DNA from: Cyanophyceae cyanobacterium
Lineage (GTDB): Bacteria; Cyanobacteriota; Cyanobacteriia; Cyanobacteriales; JBHJGN01
DNA length: 64,000 nt
Direction of reading: 5' to 3'
Assembly (NCBI GenBank): GCA_050331735.1
Contig: JBHJGN010000004.1
Coordinates: 128,001-192,000 of the forward strand
Of this stretch, positions 10,205 through 20,583 are shown one piece after another (position 1 is the first letter of the stretch; each line of letters starts with the position of its first letter). The notes beneath the pieces are model-generated. The model saw nothing but the letters and a program-made list of their open reading frames with translations, made no database searches and was not told the origin of the DNA. The position numbers were made by a program, and so were the translations under genes.

Positions 10205-10567
10205 ATGAATGCTCAAGAACTAATTCGCTCTGTTGAGGCAGAGCATTTAAAAGCTGATTTGCCGACGATTCACGTTGGCGATACTGTCAGAGTGGGAGTC
10301 CGCATTCAAGAGGGCGGCAAAGAACGAGTGCAGCCTTACGAGGGAACCGTCATTGCCATGCGTAATGGCGGCATTAGCGAAACAATTACCGTGCGGAAAA
10401 TCTTTCAAGGAGTCGGGGTGGAAAGAGTCTTTCTCCTTCATTCTCCTAAGATAGCGAATATTAAAATTCTCCGTCGAGGCAAGGTGCGCCGCGCCAAACT
10501 CTACTACCTCCGCGATCGCATTGGGAAAGCGACCCGGATTCAGCAGCGTTTTGATCGCTCGCTCTAA
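10205..10567 (+). CDS. rplS: 50S ribosomal protein L19
   Basis: [29 protein letters not shown] and [12 protein letters not shown] motifs. Confidence 0.98.
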   Translation: MNAQELIRSVEAEHLKADLPTIHVGDTVRVGVRIQEGGKERVQPYEGTVIAMRNGGISETITVRKIFQGVGVERVFLLHSPKIANIKILRRGKVRRAKLYYLRDRIGKATRIQQRFDRSL

Positions 10568-10655
10568 ACAACAGCAATCAAATTCCACAAGAGAGTGTCC
10601 GGTTGCGTTAAGCTATACAAGTATGGATAAAGCCTAGCTCGATAGGCTACCCCTT

Positions 10656-10728
10656 GCGCTCTTAGTTCAGTTGGTAGAACGCAGGTCTCCAAAACCTGAT
10701 GTCGGGGGTTCAAGTCCTCCAGGGCGCG
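10656..10728 (+). tRNA. trnW: tRNA-Trp (CCA)
   Basis: GCGCTCT acceptor stem pairs with AGGGCGC; anticodon arm CAGGT-CTCCAAA-ACCTG; T-loop GTTCAAGT; lies upstream of secE. Confidence 0.97.
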
Positions 10729-10851
10729 TAGCAACAGCGAACAAGCAATTGCTCCGCTAGCATTCCGGTTTGAGGACACTCGCCACTACTCATCGCTAGA
10801 CCGGATCGTGCCAATAATTCGGTTAGAAGGAAATTGTTGAGGATATTAGCC

Positions 10852-11073
10852 GTGGCCAAAAAAGAAGAAACCAAAGAAAAAAGCGAACAGGAAAAACAGC
10901 CGCTGGAGTTTTTCCAAGAAACGAAAGCAGAGCTCGGTAAAATTGTGTGGCCATCGCGGCAGCAATTGCTGAGCGAGTCTGCTGCCGTTATCTTGATGGT
11001 GACCTTGGTGGCCACAGTGATTTACGTTGTTGATAATTTCTTTGTTTGGGTTTCAGGAAGGGTATTTGGATGA
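10852..11073 (+). CDS. secE: Preprotein translocase subunit SecE
   Basis: FFQETKAELGKIVWPSRQQL followed by a TM helix; GTG start at 10852; synteny. Confidence 0.95.
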   Translation: MAKKEETKEKSEQEKQPLEFFQETKAELGKIVWPSRQQLLSESAAVILMVTLVATVIYVVDNFFVWVSGRVFG

Positions 11074-11675
11074 GTTTTACCTCAGAGCAGTCGCAGGAAA
11101 CAGAACGAAAACCACCGAGTCGCTGGTATGCCGTGCAGGTAGCCTCTGGCTGCGAAAAGCGCGTGAAGACAAATCTCGAACAGCGCGCCCACACCCTAGA
11201 CGTAGCCGACAAGATTCTTCAGGTTCAGATTCCCCACACCCCAACGGTCAAGGTTCGCAAAGACGGCTCTCGCCAGCATAGCGAGGAAAAAGTTTTTCCG
11301 GGATACGTGCTGATTCGCATGGTGATGGACGACGATGCCTGGCAGGTTGTCAAGAACACGCCCAACGTCATTAACTTTGTGGGAGCTGAACAAAAGCGCC
11401 GCTACGGTCGCGGTCGGGGACACGTCAAGCCGATGCCTCTTAGCCCAACTGAGGTGGAGCGGATCTTTAAGCAGGCTCAAGAACAAGAGCCAGTCGTCAA
11501 AGTAGACATGCAGGTAGGAGACAAAATCATGGTCCTCTCCGGTCCCTTCAAAGACTTCGAGGGAGAAGTCATTGAAGTCAGTCCAGAAAGAAGCAAGCTG
11601 AAAGCTCTGCTCTCCATTTTTGGACGAGATACGCCTGTAGAATTAGAGTTCAATCAAGTCGAGAAACAAAGCTAG
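11070..11675 (+). CDS. nusG: Transcription termination/antitermination factor NusG
   Basis: [24 protein letters not shown] motif GPFKDFEG and [14 protein letters not shown] overlap with the secE stop. Confidence 0.97.
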   Translation: MSFTSEQSQETERKPPSRWYAVQVASGCEKRVKTNLEQRAHTLDVADKILQVQIPHTPTVKVRKDGSRQHSEEKVFPGYVLIRMVMDDDAWQVVKNTPNVINFVGAEQKRRYGRGRGHVKPMPLSPTEVERIFKQAQEQEPVVKVDMQVGDKIMVLSGPFKDFEGEVIEVSPERSKLKALLSIFGRDTPVELEFNQVEKQS

Positions 11676-11677
11676 AA

Positions 11678-12103
11678 ATGGCCAAGAAAGTTGTTGCCCT
11701 GATTAAATTAGCGCTGCCTGCGGGCAAGGCGAATCCGGCTCCTCCGGTAGGGCCCGCCTTGGGTCAACACGGCGTTAATATTATGGCATTTTGTAAAGAA
11801 TACAATGCCAAAACGTCCGATCAAGCAGGAATGGTGATTCCTGTCGAAATTTCGGTTTTTGAAGACCGTAGCTTTACGTTCATTCTCAAAACACCTCCGG
11901 CCTCGGTGCTCATTCGCAAAGCGGCAGGAATTGAGAAAGGCTCCAGCGAACCGAATAAGCAAATAGTGGCGACGATTTCCCAGGACCAGCTTAGGGAAAT
12001 TGCGCAAACCAAAATGCCCGACCTCAACGCCAACGATATTGAGGCAGCGATGCGGATTGTCGCTGGTACAGCCCGAAATATGGGCGTTGCCGTTTCTGAG
12101 TAA
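11678..12103 (+). CDS. rplK: 50S ribosomal protein L11
   Basis: [26 protein letters not shown]. Confidence 0.98.
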   Translation: MAKKVVALIKLALPAGKANPAPPVGPALGQHGVNIMAFCKEYNAKTSDQAGMVIPVEISVFEDRSFTFILKTPPASVLIRKAAGIEKGSSEPNKQIVATISQDQLREIAQTKMPDLNANDIEAAMRIVAGTARNMGVAVSE

Positions 12104-12175
12104 GAACTAGGTTTTGAGATCGCTCAAAATTTAAACCACTAAGACTAAAGGGCAAAACTGATAATCACTAACAAT

Positions 12176-12210
12176 GGGGAGAGGCTAAGCTTCGCTATTG
12201 ACCCAAGGAG
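12176..12210 (+). promoter_or_regulatory. Putative L1-binding autoregulatory mRNA element before rplA
   Basis: TGGG-GAG...GA-CCCA stem/internal-loop arrangement abutting the rplA SD (AAGGAG), resembling L1 binding sites. Confidence 0.45.
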
Positions 12211-12216
12211 AAAACG

Positions 12217-12927
12217 ATGGCCAAAAAATTGTCGCGCCGCCTGAGAGAGGCGCATGCAAAAGTTGAAGATAGAGCTTACGAACCGCTAGCAGGTCTTCAG
12301 TTACTCAAAGAGACAGCCACGGCTAAATTTGAAGAGACGGCGGAAGCTCATATTCGCTTAGGGATCGATCCTAAGTATACAGACCAACAATTACGAACCA
12401 CGGTTAGTTTTCCGAAAGGAACCGGACAATCGGTGAAGGTGGCGGTGATTGCTAGAGGAGAGAAAGTAGCAGAAGCTAACAGCGCGGGAGCGGATGTTGT
12501 CGGTTCAGAAGAATTAATCGACGAAATCCAAAACGGCATGATGGATTTCGACCTGCTTATTGCTACGCCAGATATGATGCCCAAGGTAGCAAAACTCGGG
12601 CGGCTGCTCGGTCCGCGCGGTCTGATGCCTTCTCCGAAGGGGGGAACAGTTACCACCGAACTAGAAAGCGCGATCGCCGAGTTTAAAGCGGGTAAGCAGG
12701 AGTTTCGGGCTGATCGAACCGGGATTGTTCACGTGATGTTTGGCAAAGCGGCTTTTCCGGCTGAAGACCTTCTGGTTAATCTGAAAGCGTTGCAGGAAAC
12801 GATCGACCGCAATCGTCCTTCGGGAGCCAAAGGCCGTTACTGGCGCAGTCTCTATGTATCGGCAACGATGGGACCGTCAATCGAACTAGAAATTTCCACT
12901 CTGCGCGATCTCAAGCTCGCTGCTTAA
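12217..12927 (+). CDS. rplA: 50S ribosomal protein L1
   Basis: [29 protein letters not shown] and ATMGPS motifs. Confidence 0.98.
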   Translation: MAKKLSRRLREAHAKVEDRAYEPLAGLQLLKETATAKFEETAEAHIRLGIDPKYTDQQLRTTVSFPKGTGQSVKVAVIARGEKVAEANSAGADVVGSEELIDEIQNGMMDFDLLIATPDMMPKVAKLGRLLGPRGLMPSPKGGTVTTELESAIAEFKAGKQEFRADRTGIVHVMFGKAAFPAEDLLVNLKALQETIDRNRPSGAKGRYWRSLYVSATMGPSIELEISTLRDLKLAA

Positions 12928-13109
12928 CCCTAGGTGACGTTAAGAGCGATCTGCGTCTATAATAAGAAATACTGCTCGATTAGTCTTCAGCAAGCTCTCT
13001 TGGATTAGAAGCGTTTTCACTAATCCCGGTAGACATCGCCCCAAACTGCTCTAAATCAATAGGAGATTTCCAGCGACGAACACAACCGCTTAAGAATAGT
13101 AGCTTGAAC

Positions 13110-13250
13110 GCATGCCAAAGACAGCAGGAGCCAACTGCTTAATATCCTGCCGAGGTCAATGCCGCTAGTCTGCCTGCTATGTTGTGTCACAGTAGCAGAG
13201 TCGAACGGAGAGCATTACCCTGGCATTGATTGTCAGGGTTTATTTTATGG
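13110..13250 (+). promoter_or_regulatory. L10 leader (ribosomal protein autoregulatory RNA)
   Basis: CCAAAGACAGCAGG...TTAA.ATCCTGCCGAGG core, followed by a CCCTGGCA..TGTCAGGG-TTT hairpin upstream of rplJ. Confidence 0.8.
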
Positions 13251-13280
13251 GGAGAAATCGAGGAAATTAAGGAGGTGACG

Positions 13281-13844
13281 ATGGGAAGAACTCGCGAAGA
13301 TAAACAAACGCTCGTCGCAGATTTAAAAGAGCTGCTGAGCGAGTCTCAGCTAGCGATCGTGATTGATTATCAGGGACTATCGGTTGCTGAAATCACTGAT
13401 TTGCGCAACCGAGTACGACCCACAGGCACAACCTGTAAGGTCACCAAAAATACTCTGATGAGGCTCGCCGTTGAGGAAGACGAAAATTGGCAGCCAATGA
13501 CCCAATTTCTATCCGGGTCATCTGCCTTCATGCTCGTGAAGGACGATATTGGTGGCGCTGTGCGAGCCTACCAAGGGTTTCAGAAAGACACCAAAAAAAC
13601 CGAATTTCGCGGTGGTGTCATGCAGGGTCAAGCTCTCACTGAAGCTCAGGTCAAAGCGATCGCCGATTTGCCGTCTAAGGAAGAACTGATTGCTCAAGTG
13701 GCTGGAGCACTCAACTCCATTGCTACCAAGTTAGCGGTCAGCATTAATGAAGTGCCTGCCTCCTTGGGTCGCAGCATCAACGAAGTGCCTGCTTCTGTGG
13801 GACGTGTTGTTGGGGCGGTGGCGGCTCAGCAAGAAGGTCAGTAG
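13281..13844 (+). CDS. rplJ: 50S ribosomal protein L10 with a duplicated C-terminal L12-binding segment
   Basis: [22 protein letters not shown] and LPSKEEL motifs; AGGAGG RBS before ATG 13281. Confidence 0.97.
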   Translation: MGRTREDKQTLVADLKELLSESQLAIVIDYQGLSVAEITDLRNRVRPTGTTCKVTKNTLMRLAVEEDENWQPMTQFLSGSSAFMLVKDDIGGAVRAYQGFQKDTKKTEFRGGVMQGQALTEAQVKAIADLPSKEELIAQVAGALNSIATKLAVSINEVPASLGRSINEVPASVGRVVGAVAAQQEGQ

Positions 13845-13924
13845 TTTCTATCGGCGGATATATTCAACAGGAATGTTTACTGCCGATTACCAAATCAGAC
13901 AAGAACAAAACAAGGAGTATACCG

Positions 13925-14329
13925 ATGTCTGCTACAACTGATGAAATTTTGGAAAAGCTCAAATCTCTATCGCTGCTCGAAGCCTCAGAGCTAGTCAAGC
14001 AAATTGAAGACGCTTTTGGAGTCAGCGCTGCCGCACCGTCTGGCGGAATGATGATGATGGCTCCTGGTGCTGCTCCAGCTGCTGGGGATGGTGCCGCTGC
14101 TGAGGAAGAAGAAAAGACGGAGTTTGATGTTGTGCTTGAAGAAGTCCCGTCTGATAAGAAGATTGCCATCCTTAAAGTTGTCCGTTCTCTGACTGGCTTA
14201 GGCCTTAAAGAAGCCAAAGATATGGTGGAATCTACACCAAAGCCGATCAAAGAGGGAGTCGCTAAAGAGGAAGCTGAGGAAGTGAAGAAAAAGCTAGAAG
14301 AAGCTGGCGGTAAAGTCAGCGTCAAGTAG
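13925..14329 (+). CDS. rplL: 50S ribosomal protein L7/L12
   Basis: [19 protein letters not shown] and GLGLKEAKD motifs. Confidence 0.98.
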   Translation: MSATTDEILEKLKSLSLLEASELVKQIEDAFGVSAAAPSGGMMMMAPGAAPAAGDGAAAEEEEKTEFDVVLEEVPSDKKIAILKVVRSLTGLGLKEAKDMVESTPKPIKEGVAKEEAEEVKKKLEEAGGKVSVK

Positions 14330-14380
14330 AGCAGAACTGCTACTGGGTTATTCTCTTCTAACTAAGCGCTTCTAGACAGC

Positions 14381-14408
14381 AAAGCAGGCCCCTATGGACC
14401 TGCTTTTT
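14381..14408 (+). terminator. Intrinsic terminator after rplL
   Basis: AAAGCAGGCC-CCTAT-GGACCTGCTTTTT hairpin with a T tract. Confidence 0.7.
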
Positions 14409-14415
14409 CTCGCGC

Positions 14416-14790
14416 TTAGGGTTTACAAACCCATTTCCAAAGAGGATGACTCGGACCTGCTAAGCGAATTTTTTGAACCTGTTGTGCGAGGCGATATTTT
14501 TCTTTAGCAGAGAGTCCTCTAACAATGTTGAGACTTTGCCAGACCAAAACGGCTGCCGTAATCCCGATACAAAAAGCGAGGCAAAAAGCAGGAAGGCGAT
14601 TATAAATAATGGCGTAGCGTACTGCTGTCCAGGTAAAGTACTGTTGCCAAAGCACAATTTCTGAGCGCAAGCTCCAGATGCTAATGGTTCCCAAGCAGAG
14701 CCAACACCCAAGCACCAACAACCACCGACTCCAGACGGTCAATCGGTGCAGTTTCTGAATTTGTTTGTTCAGCTCATTGTGATTGGTCAT
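14416..14790 (-). CDS. Hypothetical membrane protein
   Basis: Two hydrophobic segments and a C-terminal GPSHPLWKWV; start placed at MTNHNEL. Confidence 0.75.
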   Translation of the reverse strand: MTNHNELNKQIQKLHRLTVWSRWLLVLGCWLCLGTISIWSLRSEIVLWQQYFTWTAVRYAIIYNRLPAFCLAFCIGITAAVLVWQSLNIVRGLSAKEKYRLAQQVQKIRLAGPSHPLWKWVCKP

Positions 14791-14927
14791 TTGATATACT
14801 TGTTGCCATTCATCCTCAAAAGGCACCGCCGTACTCAACCGCATTTAAAATGACAGTAGAGCGCACACCAGATACTAGAAAAGCTCTGCTCAATCGCCCT
14901 TGCTCACCAGCGAGATTAGGAACGAAT

Positions 14928-15107
14928 ATGGATTCTACAGAAGCCTGGTATATCTTGAGAGAAAAAGACGGAACTTGTCAAATTGTTGCCGTTGCCAATA
15001 AACAGTCCCCGAACGCTGAAGAGCGCTGGGGACCTTTTAGTTCTCAAGCAGAGGCAATTGCCCGTCGAGTCGGACTGATTCGGGCTGGAAAGTGTCAGCC
15101 TCAGTAA
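14928..15107 (+). CDS. Small hypothetical protein
   Basis: WYI...GTCQI...WGPFSSQAEAIARRVGLIRAGKCQP; ATG at 14928. Confidence 0.75.
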   Translation: MDSTEAWYILREKDGTCQIVAVANKQSPNAEERWGPFSSQAEAIARRVGLIRAGKCQPQ

Positions 15108-15115
15108 ATGAAGGT

Positions 15116-16402
15116 TTACTGAGGAGCTAACTGAGACTTTTTGAAGGCTGCCACCTCTTGATTCAGGGTTTTTAGTGCTTGTACAAATTGAGAATCTTCT
15201 TCAGTTCCTATCTGAGTGCGATTAGTCTGGAGCTCTTTTCGCTCTTCATCCGTCATTTCCGAAATAACATCAGGAACAATGCCCTCTTTATGAATGTCTC
15301 GACCGTTGGGCGTGAGATATTTAGCGATTGTCACGGCCAAACCCGAACCATCTCCGAGACCGCGTACAGACTGCACTAATCCTTTGCCAAACGTTTTGGT
15401 TCCAACTAAGGTCGCTCGTTCGTTGTCTTGAAGAGCACCGGACAAAATTTCACTCGCGCTTGCTGACCCGCCGTCAACCAGCACCACCAACGGCTTGTCT
15501 GTTAAAGCTCGACCATTAGCCTCCTGACGTTCAATCGTACCGAGTCTGTTGACGGTAGAAACAATTGCCCCTTGGTCGAGCCACATTCTCGCAATCTCGA
15601 CACTGGAGTAGAGTAACCCCCCTGGGTTAGAACGCAAATCGAGAATATATCCATCTACATTTTGCGCTTCGAGATCTCGAATGGCTTCTCGCATTTCCTT
15701 TGAGGCTCGAGAGCTAAATTGAGTCAGGCGGATGTAGCCAATTGTGTCGGTGGGAGTTTCTTCAACCCGAGCCCGTACCGGATGAATTTCTATTTTATCT
15801 CTAACGATTGTATAGTCTCTTTCCTGTTCTTCCCGCAGAATGGTGAGAGTCACAGCCGTTCCTGGCTTACCGCGAATGAGCTGTACCGCATCGTTGACTT
15901 CCATGCCCTCGGTGCTTTGACCATCAATCTCGACAATGACATCTCTGGCTAAAATACCAGCTTCAAAAGCCGGAGTTTCTTCAATCGGAGCAATCACGAC
16001 TAGTTGCTCGGTTTCTTCATCTTTAGCAATGGTGATGCCAACCCCGGTTAATTCTCCAGAAGTATCTATCTGCATGTTCTTGAATTCTTCTGGATTCATG
16101 AAGCGAGTGTAGGGATCGTTGAGCTTTTCCAGCATCTCCTGAATGGCATCATAAGCTTCCTCCTGGTCGGCATAGGATCGCTCTAGATACTCACTACGAA
16201 TAGCCTGCCAATTTACCTGGTTGAACGTAGCGTCAACGTATTGACGATTGATAATCTGCCAGACTTCATCCACTAGCTCCTTGGGGCTTTCACGAAAAAA
16301 AGCTTGACTTTGAGAAAGGCGAACTCCGGCTCCTGTCAACGCCACTCCGGCCACAATTGTTGCGGTAGCGCCGAGAACAAGACTGCGTTTTGTAATGACC
16401 AT
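15116..16402 (-). CDS. ctpC: Carboxyl-terminal processing protease (S41, PDZ), CtpC-like
   Basis: LDLRSNPGGLL, SASASEI and TFGKG catalytic motifs; the N-terminus MVITKRSLVLGAT matches the CtpC type. Confidence 0.85.
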   Translation of the reverse strand: MVITKRSLVLGATATIVAGVALTGAGVRLSQSQAFFRESPKELVDEVWQIINRQYVDATFNQVNWQAIRSEYLERSYADQEEAYDAIQEMLEKLNDPYTRFMNPEEFKNMQIDTSGELTGVGITIAKDEETEQLVVIAPIEETPAFEAGILARDVIVEIDGQSTEGMEVNDAVQLIRGKPGTAVTLTILREEQERDYTIVRDKIEIHPVRARVEETPTDTIGYIRLTQFSSRASKEMREAIRDLEAQNVDGYILDLRSNPGGLLYSSVEIARMWLDQGAIVSTVNRLGTIERQEANGRALTDKPLVVLVDGGSASASEILSGALQDNERATLVGTKTFGKGLVQSVRGLGDGSGLAVTIAKYLTPNGRDIHKEGIVPDVISEMTDEERKELQTNRTQIGTEEDSQFVQALKTLNQEVAAFKKSQLAPQ

Positions 16403-16645
16403 ATGCTTACTGAACTATGCCTGGGGAGAACTTCTGCTACAATTTTAACGCTCACTCTAGCACACGTGTATCTTGCCGAGGAACTGAGCAGCGTCACTTT
16501 TATTTTTGATGGACTTATTGTCACTATTTTAAAAGTAAATTGGCGATCGCGTTAGAGACAAACGGTTTTAAGTCTTGCAGGATTGGGCTCATTCAGCTCC
16601 GGGATTTTAGTCCCTAAAATTTTGTCATTGGGAACACTTTAAAAT

Positions 16646-17455
16646 ATGGCTTCCTCGTCTTCTGTAGATTATCAACGACGGCAAGAGCTACAGCAGCGCC
16701 GCAGACACAATCTTTATCGAGCCATCTGGCGCTCACTCGTAGCTGGAAGCGTTGCGGCTGGTTTATGGTGGGCTGTTGCTTCCCCTCGATGGGTTATTGA
16801 AACGGAAGAGCAAATTGCCGTTGAAGGCAATCAATTTCTGTCAGACCGGGCGATTCGCTCCTTGCTTGCTCTTTCCTATCCGCAGTCTATTATTCAGTTG
16901 AATATCCAGCAGCTTATCCAGCAGCTCAAGACAACAGCGCCCGTTACGAACGCGATCATTACCCGACAACTCCTCCCGCCTAAGCTGTCTATTGCTGTCA
17001 AAGAGCGTCCTCCTGTTGCGGTGGTTGTCACTGCCGTTGAAGAACTCGGACCGGTAGAGACCGGTTACCTCGACTCTCAAGGCATTTTAGTGTCGATTGA
17101 CCAGTACAAGCGACTAGACCCCGCTGCCAAACCATCTTTGCAAGTGATTGGTTTTCAACCGCAATATCAGCAGTATTGGACACGACTCTATGAGCTGATT
17201 CGCCAGTCCCAAGTTTTCGTTTCTACCGTTAACTTGCAAAATCCGAGTAATTTAACCCTTGAAACCGCTCTCGGCATTGTTCATCTAGGAGCTAATCCTT
17301 CCTTGCTCAGCAAACAGATCGCCATTCTGTCTCAACTACAGCCTTTACCAGCTCAACTAAAAAGGGAGAAAACCGAAATTGTCTTGATTGACCTCACTAA
17401 CCCAGAGTCACCAGAGCTTCAGCTAGCTCAGCTTGAGCAAAATCAGGAAAACTAA
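16646..17455 (+). CDS. ftsQ: Cell division protein FtsQ/DivIB
   Basis: Single TM helix, POTRA-like VEGNQFLS...KER and IDLTNPESP; directly upstream of ftsZ. Confidence 0.88.
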   Translation: MASSSSVDYQRRQELQQRRRHNLYRAIWRSLVAGSVAAGLWWAVASPRWVIETEEQIAVEGNQFLSDRAIRSLLALSYPQSIIQLNIQQLIQQLKTTAPVTNAIITRQLLPPKLSIAVKERPPVAVVVTAVEELGPVETGYLDSQGILVSIDQYKRLDPAAKPSLQVIGFQPQYQQYWTRLYELIRQSQVFVSTVNLQNPSNLTLETALGIVHLGANPSLLSKQIAILSQLQPLPAQLKREKTEIVLIDLTNPESPELQLAQLEQNQEN

Positions 17456-17706
17456 GCTAGCCCCGTCGTCTCTTAGCTACCTGAGTCGAGTGCCGCTATA
17501 CGCGTTTTTCGCCGATACGTTTCTAGTCTGCTTTTACATCAGTTTTACGCTTTGCCAGAAAAAGTCTTGTACTTTACTCGACAAAAAATTGACAAAGTTT
17601 CCGAGTTTTTTTACTCTAAGAGCGTAATTTTAAACAACTCACTTTATAGCTGCTTCATTCCAGTTAAAATTTCAAACAAAGCATCAGAAACCTCTTTTCA
17701 AGTCCA

Positions 17707-18951
17707 ATGACATTTAATTATCAATTTGGTCAGATGAATTTAAGCTCTAGCAGTAGGCAAGCTGCCGACTCATCAATTCCCGTGAGAGATAACAACAGTA
17801 GCGTAGAATTACCGATAGGGACAAGTAGCAAACTGGAAGCAATTCCCAGGGAAGAGAGTATGAGTAGCGACATTTTGCCGAGCAACGTCGCCAGGATCAA
17901 GGTCATTGGTGTTGGTGGTGGAGGCTGCAATGCAGTCAACCGGATGATTGAAGGCGGCGTTTCTGGAGTCGAATTTTGGCAAATTAATACTGATGCTCAA
18001 GCGTTGACCTATGCGGCTGCTTCCCAACGCCTGCAGATTGGACAAAAAATTACGCGCGGTTTGGGTGCTGGCGGTAATCCAGCCATTGGTCAAAAGGCAG
18101 CCGAGGAATCACGCGAGGAAATCGCTAGCGCCATTGAGGGAACGGATCTCGTTTTTATTGCTGCCGGAATGGGAGGCGGAACCGGAACGGGTGCGGCTCC
18201 CATCGTTGCGGAGGTGGCAAAGGAGATGGGCTGTTTGACCGTTGGCGTCGTGACTCGTCCGTTTACCTTTGAAGGTCGTCGTCGGACGAATCAGGCAGAA
18301 GAAGGAATCTCTGGGCTGCAATCTCGGGTAGATACCTTAATCGTGATTCCCAATAATCAGCTACTGACGGTGATCTCGCCGGAAACGCCTGTTCAAGAAG
18401 CGTTTCGGGTGGCAGATGATATTCTTCGTCAAGGGGTTCAGGGAATTTCTGACATTATCACCATTCCAGGACTAGTCAACGTGGACTTTGCTGACGTGCG
18501 CGCCGTCATGGCTGATGCTGGTTCGGCTCTCATGGGGATTGGGATTGGGTCTGGTAAATCCCGCGCCCGAGAAGGAGCCATTGCCGCTATTTCTTCGCCG
18601 CTGCTGGAGTCTTCCATTGAGGGGGCCAGGGGCGTTGTGTTAAACATTACTGGTGGTGACGATCTCAGCCTGCACGAAGTCAATACGGCGGCTGAAACCA
18701 TCTATGAAATTGTCGATCCAAACGCGAACATCATCTTCGGAGCCGTCATTGACGAAAGAATGCAGGGAGAAATTCGGATTACGGTAATTGCCACTGGCTT
18801 TACCGGGGAATCTCACTCTGGAGGAGCGACCAAAGCGACCACCCCTTCTCCTAGTCGCTCGCCATCGCCGACAAAACCCACTGAGAACAGCGAGCCTTCC
18901 CTCGATATTCCTGAGTTTTTGCGCAGACGGCGATTCTCCAAAGGACTATAA
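17707..18951 (+). CDS. ftsZ: Cell division protein FtsZ
   Basis: [26 protein letters not shown] and C-terminal LDIPEFLR. Confidence 0.99.
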   Translation: MTFNYQFGQMNLSSSSRQAADSSIPVRDNNSSVELPIGTSSKLEAIPREESMSSDILPSNVARIKVIGVGGGGCNAVNRMIEGGVSGVEFWQINTDAQALTYAAASQRLQIGQKITRGLGAGGNPAIGQKAAEESREEIASAIEGTDLVFIAAGMGGGTGTGAAPIVAEVAKEMGCLTVGVVTRPFTFEGRRRTNQAEEGISGLQSRVDTLIVIPNNQLLTVISPETPVQEAFRVADDILRQGVQGISDIITIPGLVNVDFADVRAVMADAGSALMGIGIGSGKSRAREGAIAAISSPLLESSIEGARGVVLNITGGDDLSLHEVNTAAETIYEIVDPNANIIFGAVIDERMQGEIRITVIATGFTGESHSGGATKATTPSPSRSPSPTKPTENSEPSLDIPEFLRRRRFSKGL

Positions 18952-18956
18952 AGTTA

Positions 18957-19766
18957 ATGATTCCAACGGCGCTCACAATCGCTGGCTCCGATAGCGGCGG
19001 CGGTGCTGGCATTCAGGCCGATCTCCGCACCTTCTCGTTTCATCGCGTACACGGAACAAGCGCCATTACCTGTATTACGGCTCAAAACACGGTAGCGGTC
19101 ACCCAAGTCGTGCCGCTGGCTCCGGATGCGGTCGTTGCTCAAATTGAGGCAGTCATCAGCGATATTGGTGTCCAGGCTGTTAAAACCGGTATGCTGCTCA
19201 ATCAGGAGATTATTACCGCCGTGGCTCAGCAAGTTGAGCGCTGGCAGCTCACTCAGCTAGTGGTCGACCCGGTGATGGTATCGCGGGCGGGAGACCAGCT
19301 CATTGATAATGAGGCGATCGCTCAACTGAAAACAGAATTACTGCCGCAGGCGTTGATTGCTACTCCTAACCGCTACGAAGCTCAGCTACTGAGCGGTTTA
19401 GAAATTAATACCCTGAAAGATATGCACACGGCGGCAGTCGCGATTTATCAGCAGGGAGCGGCAGCCGTGTTAGTCAAAGGAGGAGCAATGTCTGGCGAAC
19501 TCCGAGGGGTTGATGTTTGGTTTGATGGCCAAGCAGAAACCCTAACAACAAATACTGTAGAGACGGCTAACACCCACGGAACAGGCTGTACTCTTTCAGC
19601 GGCGATCACCGCTAATCTAGCCCTTGGTTATGCTCCCTTCGCAGCGGTCCGGCAGGCAAAAGACTACGTGACATTAGCTCTCAAACATTCCTTAGATATT
19701 GGCCAGGGAAGCGGGCCAGTCGGACACTTTTTCCCCTTGCTTGGTTCCGAATCGAGCGGAGCGTGA
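18957..19766 (+). CDS. thiD: Hydroxymethylpyrimidine/phosphomethylpyrimidine kinase
   Basis: LTIAGSDSGGGAGIQADL, VVDPVM and HGTGCTLS motifs. Confidence 0.96.
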   Translation: MIPTALTIAGSDSGGGAGIQADLRTFSFHRVHGTSAITCITAQNTVAVTQVVPLAPDAVVAQIEAVISDIGVQAVKTGMLLNQEIITAVAQQVERWQLTQLVVDPVMVSRAGDQLIDNEAIAQLKTELLPQALIATPNRYEAQLLSGLEINTLKDMHTAAVAIYQQGAAAVLVKGGAMSGELRGVDVWFDGQAETLTTNTVETANTHGTGCTLSAAITANLALGYAPFAAVRQAKDYVTLALKHSLDIGQGSGPVGHFFPLLGSESSGA

Positions 19767-20040
19767 CTCTAAGTATTCACGGCAATCTTAGCGCTGATGG
19801 GATTGCCTATCACTGGCAGCCTCGGTAGCGAGGTGTCATTAAAGCGAGCAGTTTTTCTGTTTACCTAACATTTCTTGAGTTAACAAAAATTATTATATGC
19901 GGCCTGGATAGCGCTCGAATGTGTTCTATCTTGGCTTTACAGGACTGACCCCACTTTAACGAGTAACCAGTCAACAAATTGTTGTTAAAATTTGACTTTT
20001 GAGTTAAAAAGCAATCAATAACCGGCAATTCCTTAAGAGA

Positions 20041-20499
20041 ATGACCAAGAAGATTGAAACCTCCCCTCCAGCAGCAACCACAGCTTATTGTCCGGCTGTG
20101 CCAATTTCGCTTTATCGAGAAGTAGTGGGAGAACTGCAGGCAACTAAAGCACAGCTCGACTCTTTAAAGTGCCAAAATCAGCAGCTTGTGCGACAGAATC
20201 AACAGCTCCGGCAGGAAGCGGAGAAAATTTTTTATTCCGCTCAGAATCTGAAGCAGGTTCTCGTCGCTGGCGACCGCGCTGGCCAGGAATCGAGGGGCTT
20301 CAAGCCCGTAGTAGCAATGCCGCCCTCGGCTCAAGTCCAGACAACCGTGGCCGCCCCGCTCCCCCAGTATCTTGCCAATCTTAAAACCCCATTCCCCCAT
20401 CGCTGGGGTTTAGCTCTCTTAATTGGAGCAATCGGCTTCAGTGCCTTTGCCGCTGGTTTTTTCCTCATCCCGCTGCTGATGAACCAGAATAATCGTTAG
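20041..20499 (+). CDS. Hypothetical coiled-coil protein with C-terminal TM helix
   Basis: VPISLYREV..EL heptad segment and a hydrophobic C-terminus. Confidence 0.75.
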   Translation: MTKKIETSPPAATTAYCPAVPISLYREVVGELQATKAQLDSLKCQNQQLVRQNQQLRQEAEKIFYSAQNLKQVLVAGDRAGQESRGFKPVVAMPPSAQVQTTVAAPLPQYLANLKTPFPHRWGLALLIGAIGFSAFAAGFFLIPLLMNQNNR

Positions 20500-20583
20500 C
20501 CATACATCAGTGATTGCTCAAAATTAGCTTTTTGCGATGGGTAGCGATGGCATAATAAATTTATTTCGTACCGCTAAGCGCTA

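Noticed and set aside
12928..13110. Extra spacer between rplA and the L10 leader, faintly Uma2-like (IAP..IEISS with a frameshift)
   Set aside because: Similarity is too short and requires an assumed frameshift.
14928..15107. Possible transposase (similar small proteins are sometimes labelled so)
   Set aside because: Only 59 aa, with no DDE triad, inverted repeats or target duplication.
19767..20040. Possible TPP riboswitch near thiD
   Set aside because: No CTGAGA core; only a simple GGCAATC/GATTGCC hairpin downstream of the gene.
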